This document shows, piece by piece, positions 1-9,871 of a stretch of DNA of 20,000 nucleotides; the stretch's first letter is position 1, and every line of letters starts with the position of its first letter. The notes below the pieces were generated by a model. That model worked only from the letters and a program-made list of their open reading frames with translations. It did no database searches and was not told where the DNA came from. The position numbers were made by a program, and so were the translations under genes. This stretch comes from Chiloscyllium plagiosum (lineage: Eukaryota): assembly GCF_004010195.1 (NCBI RefSeq), contig NC_057719.1, forward strand, positions 52,621,802 through 52,641,801. The letters run 5' to 3'.

Positions 1-269
1 AAGGTTAGCCTGTACTTTTATACAGTATATGTTGGTAGATACAATCATTTCTTCATGAGCAAACTTAGAAGCCAATGAAGAGCATAAAATATTTGTTCAG
101 ATCGCACATACAGAGAGTAAGTCACAATACACTACGCAAGTATCAACACTTCATTATTTTCAACAAAACATTTGTATAAGCAAAAGTTCAGAGAAATGTC
201 ACGTACATTAATTGTGCTGACCACATGCTGGCACATTAAGAGCAATTTAGTTGCTGCTATTGACCCACT

Positions 270-830
270 CTTTCCCTGTTACTCTGCAAGTGTTCCCTGT
301 TCAGGTGTTTATTCAACTCCCTTTTGAAAAGGAAAATTGCATTGAATTTAGACCAAACTCACAAATGTTTCCAACTTACTGTGTTTTCTGGAGTGCTGCT
401 GTACTTTGTCTGTCAGCAGAAGTTTTAGTTATTGCTGGGGACACATACATTGTGCTATTAGTATAAACTTATAATTCTTCAAAGACACTTACAGAGAGTC
501 CATTCCAGATTGTTACCACTACCTGCATAAATCTTTCTTCATGTTGCCATTGGTGCTTCTGTCAATCACCTTAAATCAGAACTCTTTCGTTCTTAACTCT
601 GTGACTAATGCAGACAGTTTTTCTCTGTATACTCTGTGGAGACCCATCATGATTTTAAAAATCTCTCTCACATCTTTTCTTCATCTTCTCTTATTTTAAG
701 AAAACAATCCAGCCTCTCCAATCTATCTATGTAATTAAAGTTGATCATCCTGAAATCATTCTTATAAATCTTTTCTGTATATAGTCTCAAGTCATTGTAC
801 TCTTCCGAAAGCCTAGTGCTCTGAATAGGA
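270..830 (-). mobile_element. Old, decayed CR1 LINE 3' fragment (ORF2 C-terminal region), probably in two pieces (~270-330, ~490-830)
   Basis: Blocks 'cattccagattgttaccac', 'catcatgattttaaaaatctct', 'aagaaaacaatccagcctctcc' and 'cattcttataaatcttttctg' are collinear with the younger minus-strand CR1 copies in this window (4250-4530, 8760-9030). No ORF remains. Confidence 0.55.
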
Positions 831-1112
831 TTCAGTAGGTTGAATTTAACCAGAAATCAGCAAAGTGTCAACTTTGGTGAGTTTCATTGATGGGTTCTCT
901 CCATGAGGCCTGCAAGATATCTCATGCTATTTTTGAAACTGTGCACCACGTGTTATAGTGCTCCACTCAATGTATCTTCCCTCTCGTTGTGGGTGGAAGT
1001 ATTCACTACCGCCAGGATCTCCTGGGATTCCAGGTGCTGGCATGATATTTATAACATTGTTGTGAACCAGATCTAATACTGTCTGTCTATATCTGCCCTG
1101 CATAGTTTGTGC

Positions 1113-1670
1113 AAATTGACAGCCTGTTTTGATGATAGGAACTTGGAGGCCCTAGTGGATGGGATGGTGCAGAGGATGAATGTCCTTTTCCCCCAGGGCT
1201 AGCAGAGGAGTCCACCTCACCCGGTGTTGTCAGACTGGCCACCAGGGTTAGGGCAATACCACTGGTCTGGAGGAATGAGCGGCCATGTCACTGTCTCTGC
1301 TCACTGTGTGGGTAAGTACCATATACTTCTTTCTGCTAACTTACACTCACTCTATCTCTGCTACTACACACAGCTCCCACCAAGGGTCATGGCTACAACT
1401 CTCACTATTGTCTGCAAAAGTTTCCCCTTCTCATTCTCACCCACCTAATCCTCCCACACTGCCAACTCTGCATGGTGCTGCCTACTCACTGAATTGGGCC
1501 ACGTCACCATCTTTCTCCCATCTGCACCAGCCATTTTCACCTCCCTTACTCCTCCTCTTTGACTCATTGCAGGTGAAAGTGGCCCACAAAGGGCAGAGAG
1601 CAGTGGGGTGCCATACATTAGGCTCCTCACTCCCGATGAGAAGAGGATCCCAGCCTTGGCTTGTGAGGAC
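1113..1670 (+). pseudogene. Decayed Myb/SANT-like DNA-binding gene of PIF/Harbinger-transposon type, two exons split by a GT-AG intron (1312-1572)
   Basis: From 1113 the frame reads KLTACFDDRNLEALVDGMVQRMNVLFPQG*, then after a frameshift TRVRAIPLVWRNERPC. The donor is G|GTAAGT (GT at 1312-1313). A pyrimidine tract leads to TTGCAG| at 1572, followed by VKVAHK and, after a frameshift, GVPYIRLLTPDEKRIPALACED. This matches my recollection of the Harbinger Myb/SANT pattern RFSxxELExLVxxV...VLF...W...RxxxQC...K...GGG...LTPxEER. Confidence 0.6.
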
Positions 1671-2417
1671 TGCAATAATTCCTGTGGAGATGCCAAAAGA
1701 TCCATGCCTTGACAATCAAAGAGGAAACATTGTTTGTTATTGTGCTGCAGTCCCCTTATTGCTATTGTGAATATACTCTTAAAATGGTCAAATTCCTACT
1801 CCTGAAAACAAACTGATCCTGATAGCCACCGATGATTTTCAGTAGACAAGCTCAGGACTGACTTTGCTCACTCCCTTGACCAACTGGACAGACAGCCCTA
1901 ACTGATGACTGACTAAACTCTTGACTCATCAGAATCCCGACTAATTTACCATAACTCCCTAGAATGATTGCACGAGACTTGTAGAACTAACTGGACTGAA
2001 GACAACTTCCCTTAGACATTGAGACTTGCCCATTTGGTTGAAGCACATGCAGTATGTTTGCCACATAGCCTGTGTGAATAAAGTACAAGTGCAAGGTTGA
2101 CAGCTTGGTGCCATTTATCAATATATCCAACTCCTTCACAGATGATTGCTGATTTATATAACAAGCTCCCTAGCTTTGTGCTTCTACCAGGGTAAGTCAA
2201 GACAGAAATGCTGTGAGCCTTTAAGCTCTAACTGAGGGCTTGTATTTGGTTGACGCTAGCCTCACAGAAACATATACATTTTAAATTTGGTAATAACATT
2301 TACAACTTGGTAATAAATAAAGATATTTTTAAGTTAATCAATCTGGTGGAATGTTGTGATAAAGCAACTACATGTTGCACACAATGCCAAAAAGGGCAAA
2401 TTTTAAAATTGCACTTT

Positions 2418-2686
2418 TTAGATTAGATTACTTACAGTGTGGAAACAGGCCCTTCAGCCCAACAAGTCCACACCAACCCACAAATTTACCCCTTCACTTA
2501 ACACTATGGACAATTTAGCATGGCCAATTCAACTGATCTGCACATCTTTAGAGTGAGGGAGGAAACCCACACAGACACAGGGAGAACGTGCAGACTCCAC
2601 ACAGTCAGTTGCCTGAGGTGGGAATTGAACCCGGGTCTCTGGCGCTGTGAGGCAGCAGTGCTAACCACTGTGCCACCGTGCTGCCC
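2418..2686 (-). mobile_element. tRNA-derived SINE, elasmobranch HE1 / V-SINE type, near full length
   Basis: The minus strand starts GGGCAGCACGGTGGCACAGTGGTTAGCACTGCTGCCTCACAGCGCCAGAGACCCGGGTTCAATTCCC, with A box TGGCACAGTGG and B box GGTTCAATTCC. It has the central 'ctgtgtggagtctgcacgttctccc...ggccatgctaaattg' domain and a CR1-like 3' tail 'gggcctgtttccacactgtaagtaatctaatctaa'. Confidence 0.9.
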
Positions 2687-3610
2687 ATTTCTTAAATATG
2701 CTCCCAAAACATGAGCTTTGAATGCAAACTGACATTACCCTTAAATTCATCAGCCCCTATGTTCCATTATTGAACTAACTGAATGTTGAACTGTCCAAAT
2801 TTGCTTTGGCTGAATGCTTCCAAAGCACTTGAGGCTTTTAAAAGGACTTACAAAAAGAGTGCCAGCTCTATTTTCACATCCAGATGAAATGCCACGTGGA
2901 CAGATTAGAATTTGATATGTGGACAGGTGCGGACTATAATGAAGCTGATGTGTGGAAGATTGGGAAAGAACTGAAGTGGTCAGCAAATTGATCATAGCCT
3001 CAGAAGCTACAATATTAATTTAATGGCTGAGACTACCTAGAAGCTATAGGTCAGGGGGATAAGATGCTTCTTGAGTTGTTTTAAGACAGAAGGAAAGAGG
3101 AAAGAGAATTGCAAAAGCATGCATTTAATTTTGTGCAATTCAATTCAACAGCAATTTTTAAATTCTGCCCCTTTTGTAACTGCAATAAAAGACCAGGTTG
3201 CCAGTTGCCCTCACTTGTTTAGCAATATCACCTTGTACCACTGGCACCTAGACCAGTGTTTGTAAGAAGTAGAAAGTTAAGTCTTCAGTCAGCTTTCGGT
3301 AGAAGTTGAACTATTGAAATGGAATGACTATTAATTACAACTGAAAACATGGGCATGATAGCCAGGATATGTGTTGATTCTGGCATTATATTTACTATGA
3401 GAGGATTTTGGGTAATCCAAGATAGAGGTCAGGAAAAATTTGTGGCTGTAAGAGCTGCCCCTTTTTTGAAGTATTTTAGGTATTGGAGGTGATTTCCTTG
3501 AATTCCAGGAGCAGTCATAACTGTTTTATAAGCTGATGTGTTGTTTTGGAAGATTTGGTGTAAAAGATCAACACAATGGCACTTTAAAAAGGAGGAAGAG
3601 AGACAAAGGC

Positions 3611-3739
3611 AGAGATCTCATGGTAAAATCATAAAGTACATAGATAGGGTAAATAGACAAGGTTTTTTCCTTGGGGTGGGGGAGTCCAGAACCAGAGGGC
3701 ATAGATTTAGGGTGAGAGAGGAAAAGATTAAAAGGGACC
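3611..3739 (+). mobile_element. CR1 LINE 3' fragment, part 1 of a host element split twice (continues at 4001-4082 and 6481-6611)
   Basis: Translates KIIKYIDRVNRQGFFLGVGESRTRGHRFRVREEKIKRD, the CR1 ORF2 C-terminal TRGH motif. The same motif appears in ORF 8590..9135. Confidence 0.85.
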
Positions 3740-3740
3740 A

Positions 3741-4000
3741 AGTGGCATGGTGACTCAATGGTTAGCACTGCAGTCTCACAGTGCCAGGGACGCTGGTTTG
3801 ATTCCAGCCTCAGGCGACTGTCTGTGTGGAGTTTTCACATTCTCCCTGTGTCTGCATGAGGTTTCCTCTGGGTGCTACACTTTCCTCCCACAATCCAAAG
3901 ATGTGCAGGTTAGATGAGTTGGCCATGCTAAATTGCCCATAGTATTCAGGAATGGGTAAGTATAGAGTAATGGGGAAGATTGTAGGGGTTCTATGAAATT
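3741..4000 (+). mobile_element. HE1/V-SINE, decayed, lacking the LINE-derived tail, inserted into a CR1
   Basis: Has the tRNA-like head 'gtggcatggtgactcaatggttagcactgcagtctcacagtgccagggacgctggtttgattcc'. It shares the central domain 'ctgtgtggagttttcacattctccc...ggccatgctaaattgccc' with the 2418-2686 copy. Confidence 0.85.
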
Positions 4001-4082
4001 CTAAGGGGCAATGTTTTCATGTATGGAATGAAGTGGTGGAGGCTGATACAGCCTTTAAAAGGCATCTGGATGGGTATATGAA
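4001..4082 (+). mobile_element. CR1 host element, part 2
   Basis: 'ctaaggggcaatg...gtatggaatgaagtggtggaggctg...tttaaaaggcatctggatgggtatatgaa' continues directly from '...aaaagggacc' (FKRHLDGYM motif). Confidence 0.8.
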
Positions 4083-6470
4083 CATAGAATGTTACAGCAC
4101 AGTATAGGCCCTTCAGCCCTCAATGTTGCACCGACCTGTGAAATTAATCTGATGCCCAATTAACTTACGCCATTCCATTATTACCCATATGTATGTCCAC
4201 TGCCCATTTAAATGCCCTTGGTGTCGGCAAGTCTACTACTGTTGCAGGCAGGCCGTTCCACACCACTACTACTCTCTGAGTAAAGAAACTACCCCTGATA
4301 TCTGTCCTAAATCTATCACTCCCCAATTTAAAGCTATGTCCCCTCATGTTAGCCTTCACCATCTGAGGAAAAAGGCTCTCACCGTTCACACTATCTAATC
4401 TTCCAATTATCCTGTATGTCTCGATTAAGTCACCTATCAACCTTCTTCTCTCCAACGAAAGCAGCCTTAGTTACCTCAGCCTTTCCTTGTAAGACCTTCC
4501 TTCCATACCAGGCAACATCCTAGTAAATCTCCTCTGAACCCTTTCCAAAGGGTTTTGGTGGAAAAAGATCAAACCTTTTGATCCTTCCTAGAATGCAGTG
4601 ACTTCCATTATTACCCATATGTATGTCCGCTGCCCATTTAAATGCCCTTGGTGTCGGCAAGTCTACTGCTGTTGCAGGCAGGCCGTTCCACCCCACTACT
4701 ACTCTCTGAGTAAAGAAACTACCCCTGATATCTGTCCTAAATCTATCACTCCCCAATTTAAAGCTATGTCCCCTCATGTTAGCCTTCACCATCTGAGGAA
4801 AAAGGCTCTCACTGTTCACACTATCTAATCTTCCAATTATCCTGTATGTCTCGATTAAGTCACCTATCAACCTTCTTCTCTCCAATGAAAGCAGCCTTAG
4901 TTACCTCAGCCTTTCCTCGTAAGACGTTCCTTCCATACCAGGCAACATCCTAGTAAATCTCCTCTGAACCCTTTCCAAAGGGTTTTGGTGGAAAAAGATC
5001 AAACCTTTTGATCCTTCCTAGAATGCAGTGACTACAACTGCATGCAATACTCCAGGTGCAGCCTTACCAGTATCTTGTACAGCTGAAGCATAATCTCATG
5101 GCTCCAAAACTCAATCCCCCACCAATAAACGTCAGCACACCATATGCCTTCTTAGCAACCCTATCAACCTCTGTGGCAAATTTCAGGGATTTATGCACCT
5201 GGACATTATGATCTCTCTGTTCATCTACACTGCCAAGAATTTTACCATTAGCCCAGTACTCTGCATTCCTGTTATTTCTTCTGAAGTGAACTACCTCACA
5301 ATTTTTCACTTTAAACTCCATTTGCCACTCCCTGCCCAGCTCTGTATTTAATCTATGTCCCTCAATAACCCACGACATCCTTCGGCACTATCGACAACTC
5401 TGCCTACCTTAGTGTCATTCGTAATTTTACTAACCCATCCTTCTATGCCCACCTCCAGATTATTTATAAAAATTACAAACAGCAATGACCAAAACAGACC
5501 CTTGTGGCATACCATTGGTAACTGAGCTCCAGGATGAACATTTCCCATCAACCACCACCTCTATCTTCTTTCAACTAGCCAACTTCTGTTCCAATTTGCT
5601 CAATCACCTTCAATCCCGAAACTCCGTATTTTGTGCGCAGCCTACCATGTGGAACCTTACCAAATGCCTTACTGAAATCCACAAACACCACATCAACTGC
5701 TTTACCTTCACCCACCTGTTTTGTCACCTTCTCAAAGATCTCAATAAGGTTAATTAGGCACGATATACCCTTCACAAAACTGTGTTTACTATCCCTAATC
5801 AAATGATTGCTTTCCAGATGATTATAAGTCCTATCTCTTATAACCTTTTTCAACACCTTACCTACAACTGAAGTAAGGCTCACTGGCCTATAATCATCAG
5901 GGTTGTCTCGACTCCCCTTCTTGAACAAGGAAATAGCATTTGCTATCCTCCAGTCTTCTGGCACTACTCCTGCCAACAATGATGACATAAAGATCCAAGC
6001 CAAAGGCTCTGCTATCTCCTCCCTGGCTTCCTAGAGAATTTGAGGATAAATCCCATCCGGCCTACTGGTTTTATCTGTTTTCAAATCTTCCAAAACTGGT
6101 AAAACCTCCTCATTGTCAACCGTAATCCCATCTAATCTAGTATCTCTGTATTCTCACTAACACTGCCCTTTTCCAATGTGAATATTGACAAAAAGTATTC
6201 ATTAAATGTTTCCCTGTGTCCTCAGACTCCACACATAAACTTTCCACTACTATCTTTGATTGGCCCTAATCTTAATCTTGTCATTCTTCTATTCCTAATA
6301 TATCTACAGAAGGCCTTAGGGTTTTCCTTGATCCTATCCGCCAACAACTTCTCATGTCCCCTCCTGGCTCTTCTTAGCCCTTTCTTTAGTTCTTTTCTAG
6401 CTAATTTATAACTCCCAATTTCAAAAAAAATTTCTTTTGTTTAAGGCTCAGTTAGGGCGCTTGAGAGTTA
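4081..6470 (-). mobile_element. 5'-truncated CR1 LINE (~2.4 kb incl. an internal 430-bp duplication) with a disrupted reverse transcriptase
   Basis: Minus-strand ORF pieces read VPEDWRIANAISLFKKGSRDNPDDYRPVSLTSVVGK...DFSKAFGKVPHGRL (5575-6003), SKITNDTK (degenerate FADD; 5348-5551), WQMEFKVKNCEVVHF (5064-5378) and ERRRLIGDLIETY...RGHSFKL...FFTQRVV. The 3' tail is 'gtgctgtaacattctatgtt' at ~4081-4100. Multiple frameshifts. Confidence 0.95.
4173..5032. repeat. Head-to-tail tandem duplication, 2 x 430 bp (4173-4602, 4603-5032)
   Basis: Both copies run 'ttccattattacccatatgtatgtcc'...'cctagaatgcagtgac'. I count 7 substitutions and no indels (~98% identity). Confidence 0.95.
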
Positions 6471-6480
6471 AAAATAATAA

Positions 6481-6611
6481 TAAGGAAGGAATTAGAGGGA
6501 TATGGGCCAAGTGCTGGCAAATGGGACTAGATTAGTTTCGGATATCTAGCTGACATGGACGATTTGGACTGTGTTTCTGTGCTGTACATCTCTATGATTT
6601 TATGACTCTAT
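6481..6611 (+). mobile_element. CR1 host element, part 3: 3' UTR and microsatellite tail
   Basis: 'aggaaggaattagagggatatgggccaagtgctggcaaatgggactagattag...gtgctgtacatctctatgattttatgactcta' is the expected continuation of '...gggtatatgaa' at 4082. The tail resembles the reverse of the tail at 8561-8585. Confidence 0.8.
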
Positions 6612-6757
6612 TGAAGATTTAAAGGCTTCATTGGTATTTTTTGGGTAGTATAAGAAAGGCTTTTGAGTTAGAAGGTTAGCCACAATCTCATCAAAATAGG
6701 CTCAAAGGGCCAATTGGTCAACTCCAGCTCCTGTTTCTTATGTTTTCATATTCTTAT
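6612..6757 (+). mobile_element. Older CR1 3' UTR remnant
   Basis: 'ggctcaaagggccaattggtcaactccagctcctgtttcttatgttttcatattctta' resembles the CR1 terminal motif plus a short tandem tail (compare 18640-18687). Confidence 0.55.
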
Positions 6758-8413
6758 TTATTAACAGTACAAATGCAGTCTGGTCTAAATAATCTTTTTT
6801 TAAAAAAAAATGGATATTAATATCTTTTCTCTTCGTGTGGTTTTCACAAATATGAATATATTAATATTAGGGAAGAACTTTACTAGGTTCCTAAAATTTT
6901 TATCTTCATACGTTTACAATAAATTTCTAAACTGTATCTTCTAATACTCAGTATAAAACTAAGTTGAATTATTTTTAAATGTCCAGTAGAATATAAGCCG
7001 GGTTGGTTGTCAAAATTCATTTTCAAATGCATTACTTGTTTACATTTGGGTGGGCTGTGAAATAAACAACCTCGTCTTGCTGCTGCCGATTTTCCACAAA
7101 AAGCATTCTGTGTCTAATGAAAGGTACTTTTATTTTACCTGCAACCTAAAGAACCAAGATAAACGCTATTTGAAAGTAGTAAATGCAATATTGGTCGCAA
7201 TCTGTCAAAAAAGATTTTATTGCCATGTTGCAATCATTGCGAATTTGATGGAGTTCTATGATTTCCTGCAGAAACAACTTGATACAAAAACTCATCTGTC
7301 TTACCTGGCACTCTGAAAAGCTTAATTGCAGTGTCAGTGAAATGACGTGTGTGCATAAATGCAATCTGTACAAAATGTTTGCAAATTCAGGCCTTGGTGA
7401 TAGTAATCAAAAAGAAAGATTGTGTCCATTGGACAGGCACATTCATCTTCCTCCTATCAGCATTGTTGACGTGGCCATGCCCTAATACATGAATTGCTAA
7501 CATTTCCAATGCCTTGAAGCCTTACATTAATTTTACCAACTGCAAATCAGTTGCTAAAACACTTTTTTTTGGCTTTGAATAAATCAAAACAAATGCATCT
7601 CACACATCTCTGAGCAGGGGACTGAATTCTCAATGAGGTTGGGATCACACATTATTAATTTAATGGGCTTGTCAGATGTCACCTCATGTACAAATTCTGA
7701 ACCCAAGTCTGCTTGCTGCAGAGACAGCACAACTATCATTTGTGTTTGAATGGGAAGTTATGTATTCCAGTTTGTTCTCCCAATCAGTTTGCTGTTACCA
7801 CTCCTTTGAAGAAATCATTTAAGGCTGGGAAATCACTCATTAATCAACAAATCATGCTCTGTTAGCACTGTGTTTCATTTGCAAATGTCTTATTTTCCAT
7901 AGCAACAATAGAATACGTTATATAATCTAATTCACGTGATTTGGACTGGAAAATTAAATAACACTTGCAATCCTGTACAATATGGAAATCTCCCTTATTT
8001 TCTGGAAGAGTTTACAAGCCTACTCTCTGTAATAACCAGTGGACAGAGCTTTATCCCACAAATAAGATAAAAGGATAAGTAAGTACTCACCACCATTGAA
8101 AATTATTTAAGGAAGAGGTGATACATTTATTAACTAAAATAAAGAAACAAAGATTTATAGTAAATAAGAAAAAATGGAGAATGAGATCAGTCTCTACTAA
8201 TGGTGGCATCACTTGCTTGAAGATTCTCTTCCCTGAAAATTTAAATACAGAATTCAGCAGCTGTGATGTCTTATGTGGTCGAATAGTGGGAGTTTGCTCC
8301 GTGCAGTAAGCTGAGCAGTACAGGTCTTGAGAGTAAATGAAAACTCTTTTGTTTCATTCTTATGGTTAAGCAGATTGTGCCTCTGAGTACAACAATCCCT
8401 TATGCCTTCAAAG

Positions 8414-9680
8414 TACAAAGAACAAAGAAAAGTACAGCACAGGAACAGGCCCTTCGGCCCTCCAAGCCTGCACCGATCCAGATCCTCTATCTAAACCTGT
8501 TGTCTATTTTCCAAGGATCTATATCCCTCTGCTCCCTGCCCATTCATGTATCTGTCAAGGTACATAGAGTCATACAGTCATACAGATGTTTAGCACATAA
8601 ACAGACCCTTCGGTCCAACCCGTCCATGCCGACCAGATATCCCAACCCCATTTAGTCCCACCTGCAGCACCGATCTCTCCAAACCCTCCATACTATTCAT
8701 ATACCCATCCAAATGCCTTTTAAATGTTGCAATTGTCCCAGCCTCCACCACTTCCTCTAGCAGCTCATTCCATATACGTACCACCCTCTGCGTGAAAGAG
8801 TTGCCCCTTAGGACTCTTTTATATCTTTCCCCTCTCACCCTAAACCTATGTCCTCTACTTCTGCACTCCCCGGTCCCAGGGAAAAGACTTTGCCTATTTA
8901 CCCTATCCATGCCCCTCATAATTTTGTAAACCTCTATAAGGTCACCCCTCAGCCTCCAACGCTCCAGGTAAAACAGCCCCAGCCTGTAGCTCAAATCCTC
9001 CAACCCTGGCAACATCCTTGTAAATCGTTTCTGAAGCCTTTCAAGTTTCACAACATCTTTCCGATAGGAAGGAGACCAGAATTGCATGCAACATTCCAAC
9101 AGTGGCCTAACCAATGTCCTGTACAGCCACAACATGACCTCCCAATTCCTGTACTCAATACTCTGACCAATAAAATAAACATACCTAACACTTTCTTTAC
9201 TATCCTATCTACCTGCGACTCCACTTTTAAGAAGCTATGAACCTGCACTCCAATGTCTCCTTGTTCCGCAACACTCCCAAGGACCTTACCATTAAGTGTA
9301 TAAGTCCTGCAAAGATTTACTTTCCCAAAATGCAGCACCTCGCATTATCTGAATTAAACTCCATCTGCCACTCCTCAGCCCATTGGCCCATCTGGTCAAG
9401 ATCCCTTTGTAATCTGAGGTAACCTTCTTCACTGGTGTCATCTGCAAACTTACTATCTACTGTATACCTCTTATGCTCGCATCTTAAATGACACTATCAT
9501 GCCTGCCCCTACCACTTCCGATGGCAATGCGTTCCAGTCTCCCACCACCCTTTGCCTAAAGAATGTTCCACGCATATTTTCCTTAAACTTTACCCCTCTC
9601 ACCTTGAACTCGTGACACCTAGTAATTGAGTCCCCTGACTCTGGGAAAAAGCTTGATGCTATCCACCCTGTCTACACCTT
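8414..9680 (-). mobile_element. Outer CR1 3' fragment (8414-8563 + 9483-9680), interrupted by a second CR1
   Basis: The tail 'acaaagaacaaagaaaagtacagcacaggaacaggcccttcggccc' leads to 'ccattcatgtatctgtcaaggtacat', which resumes at 'cttaaatgacactatc...gcgttccagtctcccaccaccc...ctctcaccttgaac'. Confidence 0.8.
8561..9482 (-). mobile_element. Inner 5'-truncated CR1 (~0.9 kb), ORF2 C-terminus
   Basis: ORF 8590..9135 reads LYRTLVRPLLECCMQFWSP...LQKRFTRMLPG...LRGDLIEVYKIMRG...RGHRFRV...FTQRVVRIWN. ORF 9048..9338 reads LHFG...DIGVQVH. Tail 'catagagtcatacagtcatacag'. Confidence 0.93.
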
Positions 9681-9871
9681 TCACTATACCTTCCTTTTTA
9701 TCCCATTGAGAAGCAGTAACTGTTTAAAGATGCTTCTGTCAAGATATTCAGATGAGTTCTCCTGAGATCTCTGCACAAAATAGCTGCTCATAGATAAACT
9801 TGTGTGCAGTTCAAAATTTTAAATAGCTCCTATCCCGGAATTGTTGGATCACGTTGATATTAAACGTTGGA

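Noticed and set aside
1285..1770. 161-aa ORF as a real gene
   Set aside because: Mostly spans the C/T-rich putative intron of the Myb/SANT relic, giving S/P/L/H-biased sequence with no recognisable domain.
2610..2686. tRNA gene (A and B boxes); similarly 3741-3810
   Set aside because: These are tRNA-derived SINE heads followed by SINE body; I see no complete cloverleaf.
3430..3610. Possible reversed LINE 5' UTR ('ggtgatttccttgaattccaggagcag')
   Set aside because: Looks repeat-like to me, but there is no in-window homologue or coding motif to support a call.
7050..7316. 88-aa plus-strand ORF, and overlapping ORFs, in the repeat-free island
   Set aside because: No recognisable protein, GTG start, and three overlapping short ORFs are compatible with chance. 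A 127-nt minus-strand exon (7265-7139) has stops in all three frames.
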